DNA from: Haplodiscus bocki
Lineage: Eukaryota
Assembly: GCA_965655095.1 (NCBI GenBank)
Contig: OZ296651.1
Coordinates: forward strand, 111,724,001-111,788,000
Length of the DNA: 64,000 nucleotides
Reading direction: 5' to 3'
Below the pieces are notes generated by a model, which did no database searches, had not been told where the DNA came from, and saw nothing but the letters and a program-made list of their open reading frames with translations. Below, piece by piece: positions 24,259 to 36,600 of this stretch. The position numbers and the translations under genes are program-made. Every line of letters begins with the position of its first letter. Positions within the stretch are counted from its first letter, which is position 1.

Positions 24259-27200
24259 TTCCTCAGCAGATTTACTGACTTCAATCAGACACGACGTAAA
24301 CTTTCAGTTTCACAAACAATTTGGAAAAGTGAAAATTTTTGGCAAAAAATCGCAGCAAGTAACTGAAGTTGCGTAAAAGTAAGGCCACAAAAGTTTTTGA
24401 GAGGTTCTTAGTGCTTCCGACTGGTGTAAACCAGGCATCAATTTAATTTAGTTGTTGCAGGTAAAAAATTCTCGTTTTCAAGGGCCTGAAAGAAATCAGT
24501 AACTTTGTTTCACCTATAAAACATGTAGCTTGTTTTAACAGATGTAAAAATGAAAAGGTCTGTCCATATTCCGAAAAAAATGACTTATACAAGACGAACA
24601 GAGACCACATTTAATATAGGAAGAAGCTCATGAGTTCTGTAGTCTAAAAAAATGCATTTAATAACCATTTCATAAAAATGACGGGGGTAGAGAGAATTGT
24701 TGCTACAACAATTTTGTTTCAGTTGGGAGAAACAATGGGAAGCTTTACATTTCCACCATTCTTCGTCGAATTCTCTTTTTCTCTCACAAAATTTGAGAAT
24801 CAAATATTCAGGGCTCATCTCAGTGAACTACAACGTAAACCACTACTGAAAGTTTTTGGGCGTCAAAAGAATGAATTTAGTAATTTTTTCATAACACTTC
24901 AACGTTGGGAACCTTCTTAAAATCAAGAGCTTAGTAACAAATTGTTCAAACTGTATTCGCTGTCTTTTTCATGTCGTTTTGTCAACGTTGATAGTTGAAC
25001 AGGCACACTCATAGAACAGAGGGTAAGTTTCAAGAATCCAGATGGGAAAAACCTTGATGAAAACATAAAAAAATTGGATCAAGGAGGTTCTAAAAGTGCC
25101 ATAGGTTTGAGCAATTCCAACTGCCTAGCATTTTTCGGACACATTTAATCGTTGCGATATAGTTTCCATCTTGAACTTGAAAAACTGAATTGCTTAAAGT
25201 CTTTGATCAATATGGCTATCACGCCGTTGTTTCTTATTGTGTCTTGATTCCGTCTATTGACATTTAGATAAAGATCATCTTTCGGCTGATCTATTACAAG
25301 TAAAGTTTATTTGAAATTTTGAATTTCTGGCCGTGGAGTCATTTCTTTAAATCTGTACTGCAGGAAAAAAAGGAGCCTCAACGTGGACCTCAAGATTCGA
25401 AAGCATTGAGTTTTAAACGTCGAAGCTAGCCCAAGAGAGAAAATTGACAATTAATGAAAATAATATTTCCTAAATGAAACCTTCCACAGCCAGCAATTAC
25501 ACGTGAGAAAACGTTACGCATATTAAACAGATGTTTATAAAGTTAAAATTGAAATACGTTTTAATTTTTAATCAATCACTTTACAAACTTCAACGAGGGT
25601 TTATATATGTCTTTGGTGTAACATATGTCAAACGTGAACAGTCGATCTAGCATAAGGTTGAAGAAGTGAATTGTCATCCGTCCAGCAAAAATGCAAATGA
25701 CTCTGGGGGATCAGAGTATCAGGATTGGAATTGGAAGAAAAACGTTGTGAATAAAATAGTAATATCAACAATAAAAAAAAATAAAATGCTTCAGGAAATT
25801 CAATTATTTAAGATGAGGAAAAAAATCAAACAACGGAAGGACTAATTTGAAACTCGGTAAAATGTTGAACAATTGATAGAATTATACAGCTGAAGAAATG
25901 CTCCGTTAACTGCTCAATCCGGAGTATCGAAACTCATTGATTCCGCGAAAACATGAGAAATTTTGAATTGTCAGTACAGTCTTGAAAGAAGGTAATTATA
26001 TATAGGAAAACAGCATTTCGGAAAATTGGTTGGGTGCGTTTTCCAAATATGTTGACCGCAAAAGCAGCACAGTCATGTCAATCGGAAGTCGTGAATAGAA
26101 AACGAAATTATTTAGAGAAAAGTAGCTCGCACAACCTTGTAAACAAATGAAGAAAGCGAATTAACGGGAAAACATCAAGCCACAATGAAGCGTGCAGTAG
26201 CTTTCACTGATTTTCTAATCAAGTGCTGATTGAACAACAATATTGGTCAGTGAAACTTCATACCACTACAAGGGGAAACGGGACCATTGCCGTCAAGAAA
26301 CGGTTGATTCAATTAAAAAGATAGAGCTACACCGCAGGAAGCCTTAAATCAAGAAATGATTGTGATCAATCGTGTTATCCATTACAAAACAAAACAAAGA
26401 AAAAATAAAAATTACCTACTAGATGCGCAATGCAACGTTTCCCTTAAAAGAAAACCACAGAAGCCCGGAAAAAAATTTTGCATTTGGCGCCGATCAGAAA
26501 TAAGGCATCATACCGTTGCCTCTTTTTGTGAACAGTAAAATTTCATTAACAAAACTATTCAGAAATTAAAATTCGAAAGCGGAGGAAGGGGTGGTTGATA
26601 TTATTTAGACACATTTTTAAAAAAAAAACCAATTTAAGTCATAACAATCATTGGAACCCTTGAAAATGAGTCTCATTGGTATCAGAAACTGGAGAACCTT
26701 CGTCGTGATTTTTGAGGTTCAAACAACGCGTAAGGTTCCTGCAAGCCACCCGTTTCCAAATTCTGATGTTTGTTCATTAAATATTAAGTATCCCGTTGCA
26801 AAGTTCCATTATCATGACTATCCCTGCAGAAGACATTAGAAGCAGCAAAACATTTGTTTCTTCCACCAAGGCAGAAGCCAAACATACCTTTGGAGTGCGT
26901 AATTGAACACCAATCAAGTTTTTTCTGTGTTTAAAGAAACAAAAACAGCTATGAGAGACAAAAAACGATTTCTCTGGAAACAGCTGCAAAAGAAACAGCA
27001 AAAGTTGAGATAACAATTTCGAGTTTAAAACAAACCTTTATTCACATTTATTATTTTAAGTACGAATAAATTATAGAAATGAATTAGACAATAACGCAGA
27101 ATTTTGCTAGCTGGAGAAAAAGCTCAAAAGCAGCTATTAAACTGAAATGTCAACAGAAACATATTTTGTTCCAAGATAACAACTGTTCATTGCTCTGCAG

Positions 27201-27502
27201 ACTTCGGCCCCGTTCGTATTCACCACCTAACTGCACCTTTTCGAACTGCATCGACAAAGCCAGTGCTTCTACAGAAAAACAAAATTACCTCTCATGCCGG
27301 AAACAGAGAAGTTAGAACAACAATCTGGAATCGGGATTAACGATTACTTTGTCAATATTTGGCACCTAAAGGGCATTTTTTGTCTTCGTCACAAAAACCG
27401 ACAACATATTACTTCACGTTGACTGACGCACAATGAAAGGACTACGCCCGTTTGTCGCAGAAAATAAATCTGAACACGAAAAAAACACGGATTCAAACCT
27501 CA

Positions 27503-30220
27503 CGCCCTCTAGTAATTTTCGCCGTCGCCTCCACTGGGTGGTCAGGGGATTGCGCCCCACATTAGTCTTTGCGAGTCGGGGGAGGGGCCCCTTTGCCGAG
27601 CGTTAAAATATAAGAAAAAACAAATATGCACATACGGTATAGGGAATTAGCGATCTCAGCTCCCACCCATACGATTTCGATGAAACTTTGCATGCAGGCA
27701 TAGTTTACAATTCTATGAACAATGATGCAAGTTAGATCATTCTAGCCAATTTGGTTGGGGAATTATGACGGGATGATTCTGTTTTTTGGCCTCATTTTGC
27801 AGTTTTTTACCGAGAGCCCTGCAAATAACCACATGCATTTGGCCAAAACTTTTCGTGTGAAGCAGAATAACTAAGGGCTACACGCATGCAAAAAAATTTC
27901 TACCAACTCGTCATAGGTGTTGAGATATGACGGATCAAATTTGGAAAAAAATGCCAAAAATCGATCATTTCGTCATATCTCCCACACTGAAGTACCTAGT
28001 TTGCGCTCTGGAGTGGCTCCAGTATGAAATTGACTCCATAACTTGAAAGATAATTTTTCGACGATAAAAAATTTTCGGCCATTTTGCCGAAAGAAATGAC
28101 GGTTATGACGAACTTTTCGAAAAAAAAATAAAATTTTCCAAAAACACAGTTTTACTTGTAGAATTCATATCTGGCAATTGTTTTGTTCAATTTCTCTACA
28201 AAGTTTTCTCACTGCAAAGTTTATCTCGAAAATTAACCTTTTTTGTGGGTCGAAGTTTTGAAGTTTTTTGGAAAAACAATCATAATTTGGTCCAAAATTG
28301 AGGAAAAATTTATCAAAAGTCAAATTGTTAATTGCCCCGCCCCGTTGTTTCGTAGACTAGCGGAGCGACACGGAGAAACAACGGGGCCAAAATGTTTGCA
28401 AGCTCCATCATCGATGTCTCATCCAGATCGGTGAAGATTTCACATGCTAAATATCAATATATAAAAAATGCATTTGCAAAAATCATTACTGTGTTGAAAG
28501 AAAACACTAGCAAGTTTGTTCAAGTTTCAGAATGGCATAACCAGTGACCGCCACCTGGTGATTTTCACCGGTGCCTCCACTGGGTGGTCAAGCTTTTTAG
28601 CGACACAAAACTGTTACGAGGCGGGGGAGGGGCCCCTGTGCCGAGTTTCAAAAATCAAGTTTACACTTACACTCAACCCGCCGAAAAGGAGACGATCTCG
28701 AAACCTAACCATACGATTTTGATGAAACTTTGCATGTGGATAGAGTCCGCCGATGTATGAAGATTTTTGGCACTTACATCATTTTTTTTCTTTTGGTTGG
28801 GGAGATATGACGCAATGATCCTGTTTTTTGGCAGGTTTCGAAGTTTTTCCCGCAATATCTCCACACTTTACCCATAGCATTGGACCCAAATTTTTTGTGT
28901 GAAGCACATTTGCTGTTAACTACCTACATGCCAAAATATTTTGGCCAGGGCCTTTTGCCCTAGGAGATATGACCTTTCAAATTTGTCAAAAAGAGGCCAA
29001 AATCGAGCATTTTGTCATTTCTCCCAGGTTGATGTTAAAAAAGTGATGTGAGCTTTCGTCACAACGTGACGGGACCTGTGTCAAATGAAAGATAAATTTC
29101 CGACAAAAAAAACAGTTTTGGTCAAATTGCCGAAAATAATGACGGTTATGACGAAATTTCCGAAAAAAAAATAAAAAACTTCCAAAAAATTAATTTTTGA
29201 CTGCAGAATTAATCCCGATGATCATTTGCGCGATTTCTTCGCCCAAAATCTTCCTCCCATCCGAAAGGGGTCAAGATCAACTAGAAGGTTCACGTAGAAC
29301 AGTTTTCCGAAAGTTTTCTCGAACATCACACAAACGGTTGAAAAACCTACAAAGAAAGGACAAAAATCGAGAATCAAATTTCACATCACCTTCGCCCCGT
29401 TTTTCCGTAGATTAGCGCAGCGTTTCGGAGGAATAACGGGGCAAAAGGGATTTCCACTTTTCTTTACTTTATCTACTTTTTTAAGTTTTTATGACAGAAG
29501 TCTCTAAAAATGTAGTTTTTGACTCAAACTGGGGAAAGTACCTAACATGGAACGTTTCATAGGAACAGTGAAAGTGCATACATTGGCACAAAAAAATAAC
29601 CAGTGGCCGCCAACTGGTGAATTTCACCGTTGCCTCCACTGGGTGGTCACGGGATGGCGCCCTGCATTAGGCCTTAGCGAGGCGGGGGAGGGGCCCCGTG
29701 ACCGAGCGTTCACTACATAGGAAATAACATCTATACGAAGCCTGCTGTAGAAATAGCGATCTCAGCTCTTATCCATACGATTTGGCTCAAACTTTGCATG
29801 CAGGCATAGTTTACTTTTCTAAGAACAGTGGTGCAAATCAGATCTTTGTAGCTCAATTGGTTGGGGAGTTATGACGGATTGATTCCTTTTTCAGGCAATA
29901 ATTTGCAGTTTTTTTGTGCTACCTCCACCAGTAGCCGTACGCATTTGGTCGAAAACTTTTGTGTGAAGCATAATGACTGTGGCCTATACACATGCAAAAA
30001 AGTTTCTACCAACTCGTCATAGGTGTGGAGATATGACGGATCAAAGTGGGTAAAAAATGCCGAAAATTGATCATTTTGTCATAGCTCCCACATTGAATTA
30101 CCTAGTTTGCGCTGTGCAGTGGTTCCAGTATGAAATTGACTCCATAACTTGAAAGATAAATTTTCGACGATAAAAAATTTTCGGCCATTTTGCCGAAACA
30201 AATGACGGTTATGACGAATT
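27503..30220. repeat. Array 2 of ~600-bp modular repeat (unit B 27503-28115, unit A 28541-29155, unit C 29600-30220)
   Basis: Close matches to units at 10448, 9460 and 44984. Linkers carry GCCCCGTT...AACGGGGC hairpins at 28339-28387 and 29394-29442. Confidence 0.85.
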
Positions 30221-33200
30221 TTTGGAAAAAAAATTAAATTCACGAAAAAAACTCAATTTTCATTGAAGAATTCATTTTTCACAAGTGTGCCTTCCAAAAG
30301 CAAATCACAATCCTCTGGTGGCACATATTCTCCTTTGCGAAAGGATTCATCTGAAAAATCCAATTTTTTGCCAATATGTTTGGAAACAAAGCTTAATATT
30401 CAAAACCAAGAGTTCTGACCCGTTGTTTTTTAAACTAAAAAAATTGGATTATGTTCTCGCAAGAAACCACTTTAAAGGATGCTGACCAAAAATATTCCCG
30501 ATATCTTGGAAGATTCCAACAAAAAAGAGTGAGAAAAGCAAACTTCGCTCAGAAAAGGGGAAACAAGACACAAGACGAACTTAACTGCTTCAAGTCATGG
30601 AAATCACCGAAAAAGTCGGGTTTTTGTGCACAACTGGTCCCAGCCATATTTACTGGGTTGCAAGAATTTCAGAAGATATTCAGTTCAGACGAACAGTTCA
30701 AGAAACGAAGAAGTTCAAAACAATCTACCAGCAGACTCAAAATCCGTCGTACATTTTCCGAAAAATCATTTTGAAATGAAAACTACTACTTTAATCATTG
30801 CTTTTTTCGGCGCATTTAGAAAACTATTTTGTTGTTGTCTTTTCCAGGCAGATCATATCAATTGAACTGCCCTCCCTTTGGACTGATCGTGAAGGTTGAC
30901 AAATGTGGAAGAAAACAGGGGCAAAATTTAGAGACATGGTAAAAAAATTCATGTTACTTTGGCGCAGGAGTGTTTGCTGTACCACAGAACACTCATACTT
31001 GGCTGCAAGTTGTTTTTGTGGCACATGAAAGATTGGAATTAAATTAGGAGAATCGAAATATTTCGTTACAGCTCCAGAAAAGGCAACACCTTCAACAAGT
31101 TTTCGCAAAGAGCTTTTTCTTGATCGCAATCCATGACGGTATAAAATGATGGGTACAGTCTAATTTGGGGTTTTTTCGAAGTACATTAGCAGTTCAAATG
31201 AACTGAAAACGAATCAATTCATCTCAATTCAATTCAGTTCTTGTCGAATAAAACAACAATCCATTACTCAAGCAGTATGACGATAACCAGAAAGCATATA
31301 AGGGGAAAAGCGTACTTTTTGTCATAAGAAGCAAAACCATCGACCTTCTGTGCAAACTCATATTCATGCAATCGAAAATTTCGAGCCATGAATCTAAAAA
31401 AGTCACTGCTAACCAAGTGTTGAGAGGGGAACATGTTTTACTGCTATACATTATAGGGCTGTGTTGAGTCAACGAATGGAAAATTGTAAAATTTTCGAAG
31501 GCAACAAATAAGTGAGAATAAAAAAAAACTGCAGACTTCAACAATAATTTTTTTTGTTTCGTCTGTTACACGTTTTCACTCAGCGGATATTGCTGGGTTT
31601 GCTCGGTGGAAAATCTTTTGCAATGAAATGTTGAAGTGGTTCAGAAAAAAAATGTAAGCCACGTATTCCGAGGGTTTATCAAAAGCAGTAACAATTCTAC
31701 AAATACGCATACATCGAGACATCTTCCCAAATAAGAGACACTTCATTTCGCGTTTCCACTAAGTGAACCGCACAAAAATATGTCTTCAAGCAGACTTTTA
31801 TTCAACACCTTTTGCATTCTGTCCGGCATATCGTTTCCAAAGCCAGCACTTGTAATGACGTATCAAAACACGTTCATAATGCGCTGACACCTTGACGGGA
31901 ATGCAAAAACGCACTCGTCCCTAGACCAACTGCTAATTTTGGGGCATTTCCCTTGGTAAATTGTTGGAAAAAATCAGAAGGGAATAATTCCAAAGTCTAT
32001 TGTACTCAGACGACGTATTGAAATGTATAATTTCCAAACAACAGGACCCAAGAGGAAAATGCAGGGACAATCTAAAATCATATTCAGGTCGCAGGTTATC
32101 AGGGAACAGTTATGTAGCACGCTGCATTGAAACCCTAGTTTTCTACTGTAACCATGTGTGTGGCAGTGCCAAAATCATTACATGTATTTAAAAAAACACA
32201 ATTCAACGCATATGTATTCCCATGTATTTCTTTTGGGGAAACTTCATGTAGTTACTACTGGAAATGTCGGGCTAACACCCTGCGTTCATTGCATTTCTGC
32301 ATTGAGAAAATATTGCATGTGCAGCAGAGATAATCCGTGAGACGTTATCAGCATCAACGTTTAGTCGCAGTCCTGAGATGCAAAATCGTTAAAATTTTCC
32401 TCATTTTACACATCGTACCTTTTCTGTTGCTCATTTGAAGTATTGAATGAAACCTGCGTAAAAAAAACAATTGGAAAAACCTGACTTTCGGCCGTATGAA
32501 ACGCAATGAGCAAAAAGCTGCTGGTGCAATTGATCCAAAACTGCCTCATCTCTGTACGACATCCGTTATCAGCTTGTACGAACTTTTAAGGCAATCAAAC
32601 TTTCTTCCTTTATTAAGTACCTCCTAAGCTTGCATAGCCATCGAATGTTTAAGAAATCTCACAATGTTTTTGAACAAATATTTTGATCCAAACAGAAGCC
32701 AACCGAGTAATTTTTCACCGGAGTACTGACTTCGGAAAAGCTATTTTCACACGTTTCTACTGCTATTTTACGTACTTTCACAATTACTTTTCGAAAGGTA
32801 AATCTGCAGAATGTTTATTGCCACACCTTCGGCAAATATGCGTATTACAGTTGTCAATATAGAGAGTCCATAAAATCGAAAGCGGTTCTGATGTCATGAT
32901 TAACATTTTGAAAACGAGGAAAACCTTTCAAATCAGTTTTTTTGCAATGCAAGAAACTTCAGCCACGTCTTTCAAGGTCAACGCTGCACGTTGCAAATGT
33001 CGGATAGAGATCAGCCGTTCTGAGGAACACATCAAACGGTATTTTAAAAAAGAGTGTTGGAAAAGATGACTGATACGCAATGTTTTTGCTCGAAAAAATG
33101 TTCCTGGGAAACTTGTCGCGAAGAATTTCAGATAATACTTCTACCCAGGTTGATCAATGCAGCAAAAACTTTATTTTACAGACTGAAAAAAAACATACGG

Positions 33201-33410
33201 GAAAAACAGAAGTCACCACAAACCAATAAATTGAATAGACAGACTGCATACTTTGAGAACAAATTTTTAAAAGGAACGTTTTCAGTTTATCATCAAAATT
33301 ACAAGGTTTTTATTGAAACACTTAACTAATACAGTATTCAGAACAACTAAAAATTACACCAATCCATATCATTAGGGGTAGTACATGGAGATCAAGGTAT
33401 TGCTTCAGAG

Positions 33411-33565
33411 TGCAACACATACAGTCGAAGCAATCGCTCCACTGATAGGAAGTTGAAAAAAGCGCCCAGGCTCAATTTCGCATCACTGTGCAGTCGATGC
33501 AAGTAATCAAGGAAGCACAATAGCAAATTCCACCAACACTCTACTGTACAGTCGAAGTGGTTGGC
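33411..33565 (-). promoter_or_regulatory. Three bulged stem-loops downstream of RepHel copy 3 (33411-33432, 33480-33500, 33532-33565)
   Basis: Minus-strand cores GCUUC-G-ACU-GUAU-GU-GUUGC, GCAUC-G-ACU-GCAC-AGU-GAUGC and CACUUC-G-ACU-GUAC-AGU-AGAGUG; same number and similar spacing as in copy 2. Confidence 0.7.
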
Positions 33566-33663
33566 AGCAACGCATTCTTGAAATTGTTTTACAGAGCAGC
33601 AGACGGATCGTGAGAAAAGTTTCGCCATCTTTAATTAAATGAATGCACTCTTTCAGAAGGTTT

Positions 33664-36600
33664 TCAACAGGTAGTGGAATCATTGCAACATACTACAAAT
33701 TTCAGATCATCATCTTTGTGCGGCCAGTTGCTTGCAAAAATTTCTCCTAAGCTGATGGCTGTGAACAGTGACACATTTTTTTTCTTCACGTTTACGTAGC
33801 TCGATGCTGCATTCAGCCATTCTTTTTCAAAAACACGGATTCTTTCAGAGGCATTAGAGTAGTTGAATCCAGTTACATAGGCACAAACTTTCCAGGGTAA
33901 TCGATTTTGAAGTTTTGTGAAGGAAGAACTCAATCCAGCATTGTGTTCCCTTAAACGACGCAACAAAGACATGGTGGACCCAATGTACAAGAGCTCATTT
34001 TGTGGCACACTCTGTAGCAAGTAAGAAAAGCCCAAGTTTTGGGTTGGCAAGTCTCGAGTTGTTAGAGGGAAGGGGGATGCATTGGCATGGAAAATAGTAG
34101 GATCACGAGCAGAACTTTTTGTCAAAGTTTCATTTGTCAACTCACTCCACTGTGATGTTTTTCGGACCAATCCTAAAACTGCTGTTCTGTTGGCCTCCTT
34201 CGTACCCACGAAAGGGACTTGGTTCAAACTCCTTACCCTACTCATTACCACATACAACTGCTCAAGAAGCCATAAAGCAAAATCTTTTGACCCCACTATT
34301 TGAGTTGCTACCATAGGCAAAGTTTCACTCATAGTTTTATGAATAGTGGAGGCAACGAACAGTTTTAAAGGAAATTGAATTCTTCGGCACACTGTTTTAT
34401 GATTTAATCGGAATGCAACACCGGTTTCTTTGCCGATAACAACACACCGCCAAGTTTTTCTGATCACAGATAGCGGTGGGATCGTTCGGCATCCAGCCGG
34501 AGCAACAGCAACTGTTACAGTTCCACTTTCAATGGTATCCAAAGAGAGAAGGACGCAAATTTGACTTTGATATGCTGATAAAGATGGTTTGTTGACAGTT
34601 AAACGCAAAATGGCACCAGGGTATAGAAATAACGATTGGGGCTCAAGGCATTTTTTTTTCAGGAATTTACACGCTGTTACGGACGCCTCGGTCCAGTTGT
34701 CGGTGCTCGAAACGCACATTTCGTCAATCGATGCACTTTCATAAAATTTAGTTCCACTGCTTTTCACTTCGGCAATTTTACTCTCAGTTGCTTTCCGTTC
34801 CGCTTGTCTAGTTGCGAAAATTCGAATTCTATCGTTGGGCACGTCGTTCCACGATTGTACAAAATTGCAGTCTTTCTCGATTATTTTCCAAATACGTTCC
34901 GCGCTTGCATCTGTTTTTGGTGTTGCTGATAACAATGACAACAGTTCTTGCCCGTTTTTGTTGCGCATTCGAACGAAATTTTCCAAATGGTAGAAGGTGA
35001 AGGTTGTTAAAGGGAAAGACGAACTCATCAAGTAAGAGCCCGACGGCGGAGGAAGTTGAAAGAAGTCACCAGTTGCAACAACGAGCTTTCCGCCGAAAGG
35101 AACATAATTTGAAGTGACTACCTGCAAAACTGGATCTGTTGCTGCCCAAAGCTCGCTACAAATCATCGACAATTCTTCAAAAAAAATGACATCTAAATTC
35201 TGCAAAATTCGGCTTTTGATGGGAGATCGTTGTAAATTAGACAAAGCTTTTTTCGAAAGTGATTCGGCTGAGGGATACTTTTCAACTGGAAAGGGGATTA
35301 GAGCATTTAAATGTTTCCCAGCTAAGGCGGCAGATCTCTCAGCTGCTAAAGATGTCACCACACAATTCAATCCTTGACAAATAGCATATGCAAGAGATTT
35401 CAGCATGACGAATGTTTTGCCGCTTCCTGGTGGACCAAAAATGATCTGATGTCTTAGGAAAGTGCAATGCCCTCGTTTGTACATGTCAATTGAATTGATG
35501 AGTTTGTTTAAAATTCTACTTTGTTCAAGATATGAGTCTTTGGATTGATCCGGGCTTTTCTGTATAATTGGCTTCCAAGGCACTGGGTTCTCGACAGTTG
35601 CCTCCAACATCGTCTGCTCAATAGGTAATGGTGTCTGACAAGTCTGAAAATAAGCCACCATTTTACTTTTCTCCATTACCAGTTGAATTGCCTCGGTTTC
35701 TTCGCATTCTTCAAGAACACTTTTGTCCAACACAACTGGCAGGGCAGCTGCAAAATAAAGGCTGTTTTTTAAAAAGGCCTCTGCAAGAACACTTTCGGCC
35801 ATTAGCAGGAATGTGTCAATTAAATTGGAAGACCCTGGAGTGAAGCGAAGTTGCTGAAGCAAATATTTCTTTGTCAATTCCTTCACCGTCTCCTCACTGA
35901 CCGTCGAGTCCGACAAAACTTTTGCTGATATGTAGGCTTCTTTAAAAGTTTGAACATTCAAGATATCCAGCTCTGTGTCGAAATCACCGAAGGTTAGTAA
36001 CAGATGAAGTAAAAACTTCGTTGGGTTATTCGGTAAAATGCTACTGAAAACCACTACGGCCTCTTCTTCAGACAAGTGTTTCCAATGGGCAACGAACTGA
36101 CATTTCTTTTTCTTCAGAAGAACGGGAACAATGTGTTTCCTCGTTTCGCGCTTCAGAATGCTATTCCGTCCTTCATCTTTTTTTTCTTGACAAAGATTAA
36201 TGAAAGAGTCAACAGCAACAGGGCGCAATTTTACCACATATCCAATAGCATCAACCCAACAGCTTTTATGGACACTTTTTTTCAAGAACTTTTCATGATT
36301 GCTCATGCTGTTGGTACTTTTTGGTTTCCACCGAACAAACCAGCTGTAGTAGTCTTTTAACTTGGATACGAATAAAAGTTCCGGTGGCCTGAGTCCAAAA
36401 ACAGTTATTTTGTCAGGGGAAATGCAGCTGCTTTCAACATCTTCAAGGAGGAGGACCTGATTTTTCGTGAATTGTCTGTGTTTCGGAAAACGTAATACCT
36501 CGTTACGTACTCGGACGCCTTCAGCGAAAGTGGCTCCAAAATTCGGAGCCTTGTTAAAACGCTTCTCAATTACAATTCCTGAACGATATTCTTTGGGCCC

